A stretch of 64,000 nt of DNA from a virus (IMGVR_UViG_3300033747_000014); one strand, 5' to 3'. Positions 10,344-20,842 are shown, numbered from the stretch's first letter. Notes: generated by a model from the sequence alone, not told the origin. Made by a program: numbers and translations.

Positions 10344-10544
10344 TTATTTTTTTAGAATATAATCATTTAAATAAACAACTTCAACAACAATTAAATTATT
10401 ATCAATTAATACTTGTAATATAACAATTTCTTCATCATTCAACTTTGGATTTGATTTAAAAATATCACAAGAGGTTTTACTTTCTCTATGCATTCTAAGA
10501 AAAAAAGAATCTTCATGTGATTTTACTAAAATTTTTTTACTCAT
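10344..10544 (-). CDS. hypothetical protein
   Basis: co-oriented ORF. Confidence 0.65.
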   Translation of the reverse strand: MSKKILVKSHEDSFFLRMHRESKTSCDIFKSNPKLNDEEIVILQVLIDNNLIVVEVVYLNDYILKK

Positions 10545-10547
10545 ATT

Positions 10548-10730
10548 TTATTTTAAATTTAATTTGTTTAATAATTCATCTTTTTCTTTGATTAGAAAAT
10601 ATTTGGTCATTGCCGTATCTGAATCACCCAACCCATGTTCATTAATTTCATTTATTTGATAAGAAATTTCATCTAAACGAATATATAAATCAACAACTTT
10701 TATTAAATCAATATTTTTTTGATTACTCAT
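10548..10730 (-). CDS. hypothetical protein
   Basis: co-oriented ORF. Confidence 0.6.
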   Translation of the reverse strand: MSNQKNIDLIKVVDLYIRLDEISYQINEINEHGLGDSDTAMTKYFLIKEKDELLNKLNLK

Positions 10731-11064
10731 AAATTATTAATTAGGTGGGTACACCCCTTTACTACTATTGATAAAGGAATAAGTCCTTTTTTCTGCAGGG
10801 ATCATATTATCAAAAGATTCATAATATTTTAACCATGCTTGATATAAATATTCGTTTTTTACTTTTATCAACATATTGAATAAATTTATTAATGAATGAG
10901 AATTTTATCTTTAATAATATCAATTCTTTTTGCTACAGGATGAACACCAATACAATGATATTTATGTGGTTCTAATTCTATAACATCCCATTCATAATCT
11001 TTTAGTAGATCGAATGTTATCCCACAAGCAATGAGGATTTTCATAAACTTATTTTCTTTTGTCA

Positions 11065-11265
11065 TTATTTAATCAATTTAAAATATTTAAACCAAGTACC
11101 AAAAGTATGTTCATCACCTTGTTCATCAATTACTGTTGTTTTATGTATCGGTTGGTCATCAAAGGTATTTACTTGTTTATATACTCTACCCTTTATAAAA
11201 GATTTTTCTCCTGTACACATAAACAAATCTTTATTACAATAGTTATTAATTTCTATGAATTTCAA
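11065..11265 (-). CDS. hypothetical protein whose start lies at the tnpB element junction
   Basis: TTG start coincides with the inferred right end of the tnpB element. Confidence 0.6.
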   Translation of the reverse strand: MKFIEINNYCNKDLFMCTGEKSFIKGRVYKQVNTFDDQPIHKTTVIDEQGDEHTFGTWFKYFKLIK

Positions 11266-12545
11266 TGAAATTAACTTTATGTGTTGAATATATTCAACAT
11301 CACAGGATGAACTACTCCACCCTCTATCCCATCTGCGAAAGCTTTTGGGAATACTTTTCTTGTTATATTTAATGCTCCATTTACATCTGCATTAATTAAA
11401 CAACCTTTACTTGTTTTAAATAAACCTCTCTTTATCCTTCTTCCTAAATATTTTTCTTGTTTCTTCACCTCTTCATTATCTAAAAAACTACATTTTGATG
11501 TATATGATTCGTTTACCATGATATAATCAATTCCATATTCTTTACATTTATTTTCTAACTTTCTCTTAAATAAAAAATAAGGTATCTGAACAAAGGTTTG
11601 ATTATTTACCTTACCTATATTACAATTCTTTTTCCATGTCTCATTATATCCAATAATTATACTACCAATATTATGGTCTATAGAATATTTTATTATTCTT
11701 GATATAATTTGATTAAAATAATTATCAATATAATTATTTCTATTTTTATTTAATATAGAAATCTTTTTAGAATAATGTTTATCGTTACATACTTTTAATT
11801 CTGATTGTATTTGTGATTTCTGTTTGTTGTAAAATTTATTATAAGATTTAAGAGGTTTACCATTCATAGCAAATGAACGTCCAACATTAGAAACACAAGT
11901 TACTAGATTATTAATACCTAAATCAATACCTAATATATTATTTTTATCAAAATTATAATTTTGGTCTATTTTATTTTCTTCATAAACAATATATAAAGAA
12001 TAATAACCATAATTATTAGGTTTGATTATTGCTTGTTTAATTTTACCATCTATTTCATAGGAATAATTTAATTTTAAATCTTTAGTTATTTTTAATTTAC
12101 CTTTCTTCAAAGAAACTTGATCTTGTGGAAGAATAAGGATAAATTCACTATTAGATTTTTTATATTTAGGTTCAGATATATTATCAGCATATCTACCATT
12201 ATTTTTTTGTTTTAATAAATGAAAAAAAGAAACATAATTTTTATCAGCCAATCTCAGTATTTGTTGGGATATTTTAGCAGGAATAGATTTATAATGAATA
12301 TTCGTTTTCATTTCATGATATAATTTATTATAACCTATATAAGAATTAGTTTCTTTATAATAACATTTAATAAAATATAAGGTGGAATTATAAAGAGAAT
12401 TGGAATGTTTACACATTCTCTTCAACTCTATATATTGTGTTTTATTTAAACCTCTTATATTTTGTTTAATCGTTTTCATTGTATTATATAATACCGTTCT
12501 TTAAATATAAATAGTATGAATAATAAAAAAAATACAAGAAATTCA
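11265..12545 (-). mobile_element. non-autonomous solo-tnpB element; no tnpA in the window
   Basis: tnpB flanked by TTCA direct repeats at 11261-11264 and 12542-12545; boundaries are inferred. Confidence 0.55.
11277..12479 (-). CDS. tnpB: IS200/IS605/IS607-type RNA-guided endonuclease TnpB
   Basis: 400 aa; N-terminal HTH (SNSLYN); RuvC motifs GIDLG, VNESYTSK and NADVNGALNI intact. Confidence 0.93.
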   Translation of the reverse strand: MKTIKQNIRGLNKTQYIELKRMCKHSNSLYNSTLYFIKCYYKETNSYIGYNKLYHEMKTNIHYKSIPAKISQQILRLADKNYVSFFHLLKQKNNGRYADNISEPKYKKSNSEFILILPQDQVSLKKGKLKITKDLKLNYSYEIDGKIKQAIIKPNNYGYYSLYIVYEENKIDQNYNFDKNNILGIDLGINNLVTCVSNVGRSFAMNGKPLKSYNKFYNKQKSQIQSELKVCNDKHYSKKISILNKNRNNYIDNYFNQIISRIIKYSIDHNIGSIIIGYNETWKKNCNIGKVNNQTFVQIPYFLFKRKLENKCKEYGIDYIMVNESYTSKCSFLDNEEVKKQEKYLGRRIKRGLFKTSKGCLINADVNGALNITRKVFPKAFADGIEGGVVHPVMLNIFNT

Positions 12546-12711
12546 TTGTTTTTTCAAAATATTTCTTTATATTTGTGATGTTTTTGTTATACCATAATTT
12601 CTTTTCCTGATTATTATTCATAATATGTTCATTTTATAAATTCAATTCTAAAAAAATATTAACATCACAAATATATGAAAATTTTAAATAATAACCAAAT
12701 TATTTTTTTTA

Positions 12712-12918
12712 TTATGAAGCAAATTGATCAAAATCTGTTTCAATTCCATGTATCATTGTTTTTAATTGATCAATCAATGCTTCTTTATTATCACCACATT
12801 GATGCAATATGATTAGTTTTTTTCTACATGCTTTCATTTCTTCATCTGTCATATTGGTTTCCATCTTACCAACAAATGTTTCTATTTGTTTTGTATCAAA
12901 CCATGTTGAATCTCCCAT
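12712..12918 (-). CDS. hypothetical protein
   Basis: co-oriented ORF. Confidence 0.7.
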   Translation of the reverse strand: MGDSTWFDTKQIETFVGKMETNMTDEEMKACRKKLIILHQCGDNKEALIDQLKTMIHGIETDFDQFAS

Positions 12919-12934
12919 ATATTTTTAAATTTAA

Positions 12935-13222
12935 TTAAAATTCGTTGTTTATTGTCTTTTTTTGGATATGATCATTAGCAGCTTTTAAACTTTCAAATGC
13001 AGCATTAAAACCCATTTTATATGAGTTAAACATATGTTCTCTTCGTTCTCCCAATTTATTTAAATTTTCTACTTCATTTTTTTGATTTAAAATTTCCATA
13101 GCACTTTTAAACCCCTCAACAAAACCCTCTCTTTGACTTGCAGTTTGATTAGCTGTTCTAAATGGATCTGAACCGAATCTTTCTTCAGCTAATTTATTAA
13201 TATCCTTTATTTTGAATTCCAT
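12935..13222 (-). CDS. hypothetical protein
   Basis: co-oriented ORF. Confidence 0.75.
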   Translation of the reverse strand: MEFKIKDINKLAEERFGSDPFRTANQTASQREGFVEGFKSAMEILNQKNEVENLNKLGERREHMFNSYKMGFNAAFESLKAANDHIQKKTINNEF

Positions 13223-13227
13223 AACGA

Positions 13228-13404
13228 TTATTCTTTTTTAGCATTATCTTCTAATTGATGAATTGTTGAACAATTTTCACAAATTATGATTACTTCTAAA
13301 CATTCTCTATTTGTGTCATAATCAAAATATGACTTAGTTTCATATTTAAACATATCATTACAACCACAATTACCACAAATAATATGTAATTTAGCTTTTA
13401 CCAT
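13228..13404 (-). CDS. small Zn-ribbon protein (58 aa, not in the ORF track)
   Basis: hand translation MVKAKLHIICGNCGCND...ICENCSTIHQ with two CxxC. Confidence 0.7.
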   Translation of the reverse strand: MVKAKLHIICGNCGCNDMFKYETKSYFDYDTNRECLEVIIICENCSTIHQLEDNAKKE

Positions 13405-13408
13405 AATT

Positions 13409-13777
13409 CTATCTATTTTTTAGTTTGTTGATTTTATTATCACAATAAGCTTCCCATTTTTTTATTTCTTCATCAGAACTATTGGGTGGTGGAAATTTTT
13501 TACTTTTAAAATGAAAAGTTTCCATATCCATAACTATTGAATGACATCTTTTACATCTCACAGTAGCTATAAATGTATCAGTTTCAGTTATATAATTCTC
13601 ATATTCATGACCAATAAATGAACAAATAATACTATTAATTGATAGAATAATACCTTTAAACCATTTATATAAACGATTAAATATAAAACAATCACCATTA
13701 CAATTTTCTTTACAACAATTTGAACAAATCATTAACGGCTTTGATTTTATAATTTCATTTTTATTGTTCATCATCAA
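13409..13777 (-). CDS. DUF1660-like prophage protein
   Basis: ICSFIGHEY...RCKRC motif. Confidence 0.6.
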   Translation of the reverse strand: MMMNNKNEIIKSKPLMICSNCCKENCNGDCFIFNRLYKWFKGIILSINSIICSFIGHEYENYITETDTFIATVRCKRCHSIVMDMETFHFKSKKFPPPNSSDEEIKKWEAYCDNKINKLKNR

Positions 13778-14054
13778 TACTTTTTGTTATATTATAAATA
13801 ATATTATTAGCATAGGCTTTAAACCTTTTCAATAGTTCTGATTTACTTCTACTATAAACATTTAAACCATCATACACATCACCATATTGTAAAGTCTTCC
13901 AATGCACCTCTTTAATTGAATGATTATTATTCTTATCAATAATTATAAAAAATCTACTATTCTTAGGGTTTTTTCCAATAATTTCCCATTCAACAACATT
14001 ATCCTTATTTAATGAATATATTGTATCACCGATTTTACTTTCTTTATTTTCCAT
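13761..14054 (-). CDS. hypothetical protein
   Basis: co-oriented ORF. Confidence 0.7.
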   Translation of the reverse strand: MENKESKIGDTIYSLNKDNVVEWEIIGKNPKNSRFFIIIDKNNNHSIKEVHWKTLQYGDVYDGLNVYSRSKSELLKRFKAYANNIIYNITKSIDDEQ

Positions 14055-14055
14055 T

Positions 14056-14325
14056 TCAAATAGGTTTAAATTGATGAAACTCTTTAATGTTTGGATATCT
14101 CTCTTGCAACCTTTTTAAAGCATTGTTATATGTAGGAATTGCTTTTTTATGTAAAAATTCTTCATTATGTGGTACTAATCGTGTTCGTGTTTTTACTTCT
14201 TCCAAATATTTTAAATCACACCACATCTGAATTAATTCATCCACATGATGTTGTCTATACACCCTTTTACTAGCACCATAATAATTCTTTAATTTACTTG
14301 TTTTATAATCATGAATAGAAATCAT
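14056..14325 (-). CDS. hypothetical protein
   Basis: co-oriented ORF. Confidence 0.7.
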   Translation of the reverse strand: MISIHDYKTSKLKNYYGASKRVYRQHHVDELIQMWCDLKYLEEVKTRTRLVPHNEEFLHKKAIPTYNNALKRLQERYPNIKEFHQFKPI

Positions 14326-14349
14326 AATAAAATTAATTATTGGTAATTT

Positions 14350-14733
14350 TTAATTTCTTTTCTTCCAACGTTTAAATTCTCTTGTTGACATTGCTTTGAG
14401 GTCACTTAGAATTATATTTTGTTCTTCAATAGTTTCCAGTCTCATTTCAGCAACTCTTGCCAAGTCATCATAACGTTCTTTCAGTTCATTATATCGAAAT
14501 TCAGGTACTGAGTTATTCACATAATTATTATGAATAGCACCAATTTCTTTTACTGCACTATCAACAGTGATGACTCTATACTCATCATTTTCCCATTTAT
14601 CTTTTTCGATAATAAGAGCAACATTATCATCTTCGAAATATTCATTGAATGCTTTCTCTTTATTCAGGAGAAAGTTATAACGTTCAATATCGATTGTTGC
14701 AGTATTTTTTATTCCATAGTCTTCTTTACACAT
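14350..14733 (-). CDS. hypothetical protein
   Basis: co-oriented ORF. Confidence 0.75.
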   Translation of the reverse strand: MCKEDYGIKNTATIDIERYNFLLNKEKAFNEYFEDDNVALIIEKDKWENDEYRVITVDSAVKEIGAIHNNYVNNSVPEFRYNELKERYDDLARVAEMRLETIEEQNIILSDLKAMSTREFKRWKKRN

Positions 14734-14751
14734 AACTTTATTTGTTTTTAA

Positions 14752-14973
14752 TTAAGAATTAATATATTCACCATCAAATTCAAGTGAATTAATAACAATA
14801 TCAAGAGTAGCACCACAATCAAATTTAACTGCTACAAAAGTATCTTGAGAACCCCACATACTTAATTTAGTATTTGGTATTGTTATTCCTTCTTGACCTT
14901 TAGTTAATCGACTATCATACCTAGTCAAATCAACATTTAGTTTAACTCTTTTTGGACTACCACCTAGTTGCAT
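14752..14973 (-). CDS. hypothetical small beta-barrel protein
   Basis: co-oriented ORF. Confidence 0.7.
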   Translation of the reverse strand: MQLGGSPKRVKLNVDLTRYDSRLTKGQEGITIPNTKLSMWGSQDTFVAVKFDCGATLDIVINSLEFDGEYINS

Positions 14974-14991
14974 AGCTAATTGTTTTTTTAA

Positions 14992-15324
14992 TTAATAATT
15001 AGTTTCACCAATATGTTTCATACATTGAACTTTAGTAGCATCAATATTCCCATAAATGGTTTGACATTGAAGGTTTGTACAGTCTACATCACCATCAATA
15101 TTATTACATTTAATATTAGTACAATCTACATTACCCTTAATATTACCTTGTACCTCAAGATCGTTACAATCGATGTTGGCTAAATCTCCTTCGAATTTAA
15201 CCTTAACTTCTCCACTTAATCCTGATTCAATAACTTTACCATCTACTTGAATACTATCACCATTGAGAGTAATGTTATTACCTTGAACACTAAATGTCTT
15301 TCCATTAATTGTTATTTTATTCAT
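14992..15324 (-). CDS. beta-helix repeat protein (bactofilin/DUF4097-like)
   Basis: repeated G-D/N-V/I-D-C-x-x-L/I units. Confidence 0.7.
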   Translation of the reverse strand: MNKITINGKTFSVQGNNITLNGDSIQVDGKVIESGLSGEVKVKFEGDLANIDCNDLEVQGNIKGNVDCTNIKCNNIDGDVDCTNLQCQTIYGNIDATKVQCMKHIGETNY

Positions 15325-15348
15325 ATATATTAAAGTTTACTATTAATA

Positions 15349-15561
15349 TTAAAAAGTTAAATAATTATCTGAACATGTGTTTTCTTCACACATTTTTTTT
15401 GCTTCTGTAAATGTATGTGAACGGCCAATATCAGTTTGTTCTTTATTGTTTTTAAAGATTTGATATTTACCAACTAATTTAGGGTGTGTATTCTCTTGAA
15501 TAAAACAACCCTTATATAACCATTCACCAACTTCAATTTGTATTGGATTTTCTTTTTTCAT
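15349..15561 (-). CDS. hypothetical protein
   Basis: co-oriented ORF. Confidence 0.7.
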   Translation of the reverse strand: MKKENPIQIEVGEWLYKGCFIQENTHPKLVGKYQIFKNNKEQTDIGRSHTFTEAKKMCEENTCSDNYLTF

Positions 15562-15583
15562 ATTCTTAATGGAATTTTAATAA

Positions 15584-15910
15584 TTAAAAATCTGATTCAT
15601 CAAGACTGAATTCATCTTTAATCTTATACACTACTTCATCAAACAATTCGGATAATTTTTGAAGTTTATTTTCAGTTTCTTCCAATTTATCAATAACTTT
15701 ACTTTTTGCTTGTTCATCGATATATCTTTCGATATTATTAACTATTTTATTAAAGAGTTGAGGTTCTAATTCTACTCCATTTACAAGCAATTTAACATCA
15801 TAAAATTGGTCTTCACTTGCCTTCATAATAACATCACCTGTTAGTGATTCCATTAATTCAGCGTGTAACCATTCTTTCCTTGATAATGTTTCTTCAAATG
15901 TAATTTTCAT
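15584..15910 (-). CDS. hypothetical protein
   Basis: start trimmed to MKITFEE. Confidence 0.75.
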   Translation of the reverse strand: MKITFEETLSRKEWLHAELMESLTGDVIMKASEDQFYDVKLLVNGVELEPQLFNKIVNNIERYIDEQAKSKVIDKLEETENKLQKLSELFDEVVYKIKDEFSLDESDF

Positions 15911-15986
15911 GAGTATTATTTTTTTATTGTTTATACAAATATAAATCAATTAGTTCTTAATACCAAATTTATTTAGTTAATAAATC

Positions 15987-16343
15987 TTAATATAAATTTT
16001 CTGAAATTAAAATTGAATCGTCACCATTATCACTAGCAGATAATCCAAATTGAATTTGGTTATTTTCTTTAGCAATATTCCATCCTTCTTTTCTATCAAC
16101 ATATCTATCTAATGAAGTAACAAATCCTTGATGTTTTCGTTGTTCCTCAGTACTCATAGATTTAATTAAATCACCAACTTTTTCATTCGGTGTTTGATTA
16201 GTTAATGATTTAATTGTTTGATAACAATTATGATGTCTTCGACCACAAATAACAAAACCAGTATTAATATTCTCTGGTTGTCCTTCATGTTCAACACCAT
16301 CATTAATCCATATTGCAGCACATAAAATAAATTCTTTATTCAT
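15987..16343 (-). CDS. conserved phage hypothetical protein
   Basis: ILCAAIW, CGRRHHNC, QGFVTSLDRYVDRKE and LISENLY motifs of a common phage family (from memory). Confidence 0.8.
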   Translation of the reverse strand: MNKEFILCAAIWINDGVEHEGQPENINTGFVICGRRHHNCYQTIKSLTNQTPNEKVGDLIKSMSTEEQRKHQGFVTSLDRYVDRKEGWNIAKENNQIQFGLSASDNGDDSILISENLY

Positions 16344-16351
16344 ATTTTTCT

Positions 16352-17287
16352 TTATTGTAAATATGTTTTCATAATTCTAGCTGCCAATCTAGCATCATCC
16401 TCATCATAGAAAACGACATCATTAATAGCGGAATCTTCAATAGGATGAACCTTATAATCATTCATAATAATATAATAATTATCTTCTTTGTATTTATCAC
16501 TATTAAAATAACCTGCTAAATATTTCAATAAAAAATCTTTTTTAAGATCTTTATATTTAATATATTTAGGGTAATCTCTTGGAGCAATATGATATTGAAA
16601 TTTAAAAAATTCATCATCAAATTTATCCACTAAATCTCTATACATAATACCAAAAAGAATATAAGAACCTTTAATAGCTTCTTCATAATTATTATATACT
16701 GTTTTATTTTTAAATTTAATTTCTAATTTATTAAAAGTAAATTGAGTCACCATTTTATCATAAACATTAAAATGGTCATCAATAAAATAAAGAGTATCAC
16801 CAAATTCAAATTCAACATTATTACTACCTAATATTATTTTTTTATTTTGTTCTTCAACCCATTTATCTCTGGCTTCAACACTAGAAAAAACATAATCATC
16901 CCCTTCAACATCTGTTAATGGTAGAGTATGGTAATGATATCCTATTGAAAACTTTTTTGCTGAAACAGCATATACAATCTGATCTTTATTGTATATGGGT
17001 ACACCATCATAAGTAAAAAATAATGGTTTTTGTTGTAAACGAACGTTATTTTCATCGAATAAAACTGAGTATGTTGAATTATTATATTCAACCAGAATCA
17101 TTTCATTTTCTGTTGTATCACCATTAAAATTTAAATTTCTTTTACAATTAAATGGTTCTGAAATAATTTTACATAATTTACTATCAAAAAAAGTAAATTC
17201 ACTATATTGTTTACCTTTACTCAAATCAATTACATAATTATTATCCGAGGGTAAATAAAATTTACCAATTAAACTTTCTTTTTTCAT
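16352..17287 (-). CDS. modular hypothetical protein (FxTxDGV family)
   Basis: modules shared with 18490, 27234 and 28750. Confidence 0.8.
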   Translation of the reverse strand: MKKESLIGKFYLPSDNNYVIDLSKGKQYSEFTFFDSKLCKIISEPFNCKRNLNFNGDTTENEMILVEYNNSTYSVLFDENNVRLQQKPLFFTYDGVPIYNKDQIVYAVSAKKFSIGYHYHTLPLTDVEGDDYVFSSVEARDKWVEEQNKKIILGSNNVEFEFGDTLYFIDDHFNVYDKMVTQFTFNKLEIKFKNKTVYNNYEEAIKGSYILFGIMYRDLVDKFDDEFFKFQYHIAPRDYPKYIKYKDLKKDFLLKYLAGYFNSDKYKEDNYYIIMNDYKVHPIEDSAINDVVFYDEDDARLAARIMKTYLQ

Positions 17288-17317
17288 ATTAATTATTTTT
17301 TATTTTAAATATAAAAA

Positions 17318-17638
17318 TTATTTTGGTTGTTTATAAGTATATTTAATTCTGGTTAGTTCATCAACTCTCTCCAGTTCATTTATTGTTGGTTGACCATAAT
17401 CAACTTTCACCATTAAGCTTCGTAATTCATCTTCCAAAGAACGATAATAGTTTTTATTGAGTACCAAACAATGAAACGCCATATCTTCAAATTTACCTTT
17501 TGCTAATCGCTTATTATTATTCATACTATCATAAACATACCAATAACTATTAATGTTTCCATTATTGCAAGTATATTTAAATCTACGATCAGTTGTTTTA
17601 GGCATATCAACTTTACCTTTTATTACTTCTATTGCCAT
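17318..17638 (-). CDS. hypothetical protein
   Basis: co-oriented ORF. Confidence 0.7.
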   Translation of the reverse strand: MAIEVIKGKVDMPKTTDRRFKYTCNNGNINSYWYVYDSMNNNKRLAKGKFEDMAFHCLVLNKNYYRSLEDELRSLMVKVDYGQPTINELERVDELTRIKYTYKQPK

Positions 17639-17700
17639 AATCTGTACAATTTTTTTCTAATTCACCATCATTATATGTTTTAATAATTGTATTTTTAAAT

Positions 17701-17934
17701 TTAATATTTTATTTCCAATCCATCTATAACATATTTTTGAAATTCTTCTTCCGATAAAAACCATTTAATTGTTTGATCAATAAAATCAAGATTCATATTT
17801 TTATTAACGTTGGAATTTCTAATACTAATAAGTCTATTTAAAACAATCCTATCAACTTCATCATATGAGATCTTTACTGGTACTCTCAGTGATCGTTCCA
17901 ATTCCATAAAATTATCAATTAATTTATCATCCAT
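17701..17934 (-). CDS. hypothetical protein
   Basis: co-oriented ORF. Confidence 0.7.
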   Translation of the reverse strand: MDDKLIDNFMELERSLRVPVKISYDEVDRIVLNRLISIRNSNVNKNMNLDFIDQTIKWFLSEEEFQKYVIDGLEIKY

Positions 17935-18247
17935 ATTTTTTATATATTTTTCGTTTGTTTATTTTGTTTTCTTTATTCTTTTTATCTCTTGCTTCATTCT
18001 CTATTTTTACTTGTTTTAATTCTTTTTCCTCATATTTTTTTATATCGTCAAGAGTTTTAAATTCACTTATTACGTATTTAGCATCAGTATAATGCCAACT
18101 TTTTTTAACCATATATGCTCGTTCAACCATAATATCAAATTCATAATGACGAAGAGTTCTCCAAAATATCCCATTAGTAGTATATTTTAATACAAAGTAA
18201 TCGTCAGAATAGTATGTTGGTGATATTTTTACTTTAAATTTATTCAT
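17927..18247 (-). CDS. hypothetical protein
   Basis: start trimmed to MNKFKV. Confidence 0.7.
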   Translation of the reverse strand: MNKFKVKISPTYYSDDYFVLKYTTNGIFWRTLRHYEFDIMVERAYMVKKSWHYTDAKYVISEFKTLDDIKKYEEKELKQVKIENEARDKKNKENKINKRKIYKKYG

Positions 18248-18269
18248 AAAAAAATATTTATATTGTTTA

Positions 18270-18497
18270 TTATGAGAATAGGTCACTAATCATACCAGAT
18301 GTTGTATTTAATGAATGATTGAATATGGTAACAATTAAACCACCAATATTTGCCAAAGCATATAACATCCATATTGGATTATTCTGATATTCCATATATA
18401 ATTCAGCATTGAAATCATATGACCAAAATATCAATGTTACTAAACCATTTGCAATAATTAAATATATTAATGCTTTTAAAATAAATTTTCTACTCAT
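18270..18497 (-). CDS. small two-TM membrane protein
   Basis: two hydrophobic segments; start trimmed to MSRKF. Confidence 0.65.
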   Translation of the reverse strand: MSRKFILKALIYLIIANGLVTLIFWSYDFNAELYMEYQNNPIWMLYALANIGGLIVTIFNHSLNTTSGMISDLFS

Positions 18498-19596
18498 ATA
18501 AATATTTATATATATAATCAAGTTTATCACCCATAATTTTTATCGCTTTATTTCCAGCTTCTGCAGAAACAAAACGAAAGGGTGAATATATGTCAGTACC
18601 AGAATTAATAACATATGTATTACATTCTAAACATATTTCAGAATTACCTTCTTCTCCATCATTCAAATCATCAGCAATTAATAGTAATACTTTTGTCCAA
18701 TATAGTTTAGGATCATTTTTTCTTAACCATCTATAAACTTGATATTTGTCTTTATAGTTTTTAAGGTTTGTAATTTCTCCACTAAGACCTACTAATTGAT
18801 TTTCATATCCTTCTCTAATTTTAAATATCTGTAATCTAATCCAATTATCTCTGGCTTTTTCAGTTGAGAACCATATGAAAGAATCCACATTAATCTCACT
18901 AAATTCTTTTAAAGCATGTTTACATTTTCTATCACCAACAAAATATTGAGTGTTATTTATATTTGCACATCCATAAATAATTTTATTTTCGTCATAAATT
19001 TCAACACCATCATGGGTTATAAATAATAATGATTTCTTATGTATTTTCATTGGATTATAGTTTGTTTTTTCTGGTGGTAATATTCGAAAATTTAATTCTT
19101 TTCGTGGAATAAAATCACCACCATCCCAAACATATTCATATGTTTCACCAACTACACAATCCATAAGAGACATACCAGTATTCACATTATTTACTATTTT
19201 AAACATGTTAGGATTATCATTTAACAACTTTTCAGTAAATGTTGTTTTAATACCATTAATGGTTATCTCATCACCAATTTTAATCTCTTGTTCTTTAATA
19301 TAATATTTTTTCATGGTTTCAGATTTTTTTTCGGTATATAAAATGTCACCGATGTTAACTTTTTTATTGAGTTTTATACAAGCAAATTTTACTTTAATTC
19401 CACTATATAACATTAAATGTTCTTCAGTAATAACAGTATAACCCAAAACAACGAGTTCTTCATTATTTTGATTATATAGGATTTTATTATTTCCATCAAT
19501 CCAAGTATCTTCTAAAACAACATAATCTTTTAATTTTTGATGAGATGAAACATCATCAAAAATTCTTATAACCTTACTCCCTTTTCTATCATTCAT
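18490..19596 (-). CDS. modular hypothetical protein (FxTxDGV family)
   Basis: 368 aa; shared modules. Confidence 0.8.
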   Translation of the reverse strand: MNDRKGSKVIRIFDDVSSHQKLKDYVVLEDTWIDGNNKILYNQNNEELVVLGYTVITEEHLMLYSGIKVKFACIKLNKKVNIGDILYTEKKSETMKKYYIKEQEIKIGDEITINGIKTTFTEKLLNDNPNMFKIVNNVNTGMSLMDCVVGETYEYVWDGGDFIPRKELNFRILPPEKTNYNPMKIHKKSLLFITHDGVEIYDENKIIYGCANINNTQYFVGDRKCKHALKEFSEINVDSFIWFSTEKARDNWIRLQIFKIREGYENQLVGLSGEITNLKNYKDKYQVYRWLRKNDPKLYWTKVLLLIADDLNDGEEGNSEICLECNTYVINSGTDIYSPFRFVSAEAGNKAIKIMGDKLDYIYKYLYE

Positions 19597-20119
19597 CGTT
19601 TTTCAATATTTCTTCAGCTTTCTCTTTACATAAATTCCGTAAACATTTATCAAAAGAACGCTTTTTATGTGTTATACTTGTATTATTAGTTAAAGAATCA
19701 AAAATATCCTTAAATAGATCTAAAACATCTTTTCTACTTAATACTGGATAATGAAATCCATAATATTCTGGATAATGATCAGCATCACAGAAATAAGTAG
19801 TATTTTCTAATACCTCTTCACGATTCAAATAATTGGTATCTATTAAGCCAACTCTATTCTTTTTTTTGTATTTATACATACAATTAATATCATCCCATAT
19901 TACCTCAGTACCAACATCAGCATCGGGTAACTCTTTAATCACAATGTGTTTTTTACTATTATCATCTACCTTTATATCTTGAACAATAGTATATTGCTTC
20001 TCCAGATTTTCATTTAAGAAATAAATACCATTCTCATCTTCATATCTTGCTACTAACAATGGTTGTCCATTATAACCTTCAACTTTGATACTGTTTGATC
20101 TTATTTCTAATACTTTCAT
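19589..20119 (-). CDS. hypothetical protein
   Basis: start trimmed to MKVLEI. Confidence 0.75.
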   Translation of the reverse strand: MKVLEIRSNSIKVEGYNGQPLLVARYEDENGIYFLNENLEKQYTIVQDIKVDDNSKKHIVIKELPDADVGTEVIWDDINCMYKYKKKNRVGLIDTNYLNREEVLENTTYFCDADHYPEYYGFHYPVLSRKDVLDLFKDIFDSLTNNTSITHKKRSFDKCLRNLCKEKAEEILKNDE

Positions 20120-20312
20120 GTTTATTTGTTTTAGTTCGATTACAAATATATAACAAAAAAAATTTCTATGCAAATTTTTTACACTGTTTTTACAGCTTCT
20201 CTATCATCGTGTTCAAGAGGTACGGGTAGTTTGTAATCCTCAGAAGTTCAAACCTTACTTGTGGATCTGTACTTTACTACGTTGCATTTCAGCTATCATC
20301 ATTATTTATTAT

Positions 20313-20825
20313 TTACTTAATTAAAATCATTTTATTATATTTCTGTTCAATATCTAAAACATCATATATATCATTTTTGGTAATTAATTTAATCTTTGGT
20401 ATTTCAAAATCAAAATCCTCGGCCAACTTTGAAAATCTAAATTTATGATCATTCAACCATTCCTCTTTAATCTTATTAGTTTTAAATTTATTATTGATTA
20501 AATCATTAGCAAAATCATTCCTTTTTATTAGTGAAGCTTTTAAATCATTATTATATAAATAATTTCTAACAATCATTAATAATGGTAGGACTCGTTTAAC
20601 ATTATTATTTGTGAATTTTAAATTTATTTCATTTATCATCTCAAATTCATTTTCAATCTCAAACCCACTATTAACTGTATGATATAATGTGTACTCATTA
20701 ATATAAATATTAATACCATCATCATAAGTAATTTTAATATTGTCTTTATTTATATCCCGGAATGCATTGTGTGTTTTATCAAGAAACATATTTGGTAAAA
20801 CATCTAAATTTTCATTTTTATTCAT
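20313..20825 (-). CDS. hypothetical protein
   Basis: co-oriented ORF. Confidence 0.75.
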   Translation of the reverse strand: MNKNENLDVLPNMFLDKTHNAFRDINKDNIKITYDDGINIYINEYTLYHTVNSGFEIENEFEMINEINLKFTNNNVKRVLPLLMIVRNYLYNNDLKASLIKRNDFANDLINNKFKTNKIKEEWLNDHKFRFSKLAEDFDFEIPKIKLITKNDIYDVLDIEQKYNKMILIK

Positions 20826-20842
20826 AACGTATTATTTTTAAT

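Noticed and set aside
20180-20310. GC-richer gap with fragmentary minus-strand frames (similar at 21030-21245)
   Set aside because: Possibly decayed genes, but with no recognisable homology or structure.
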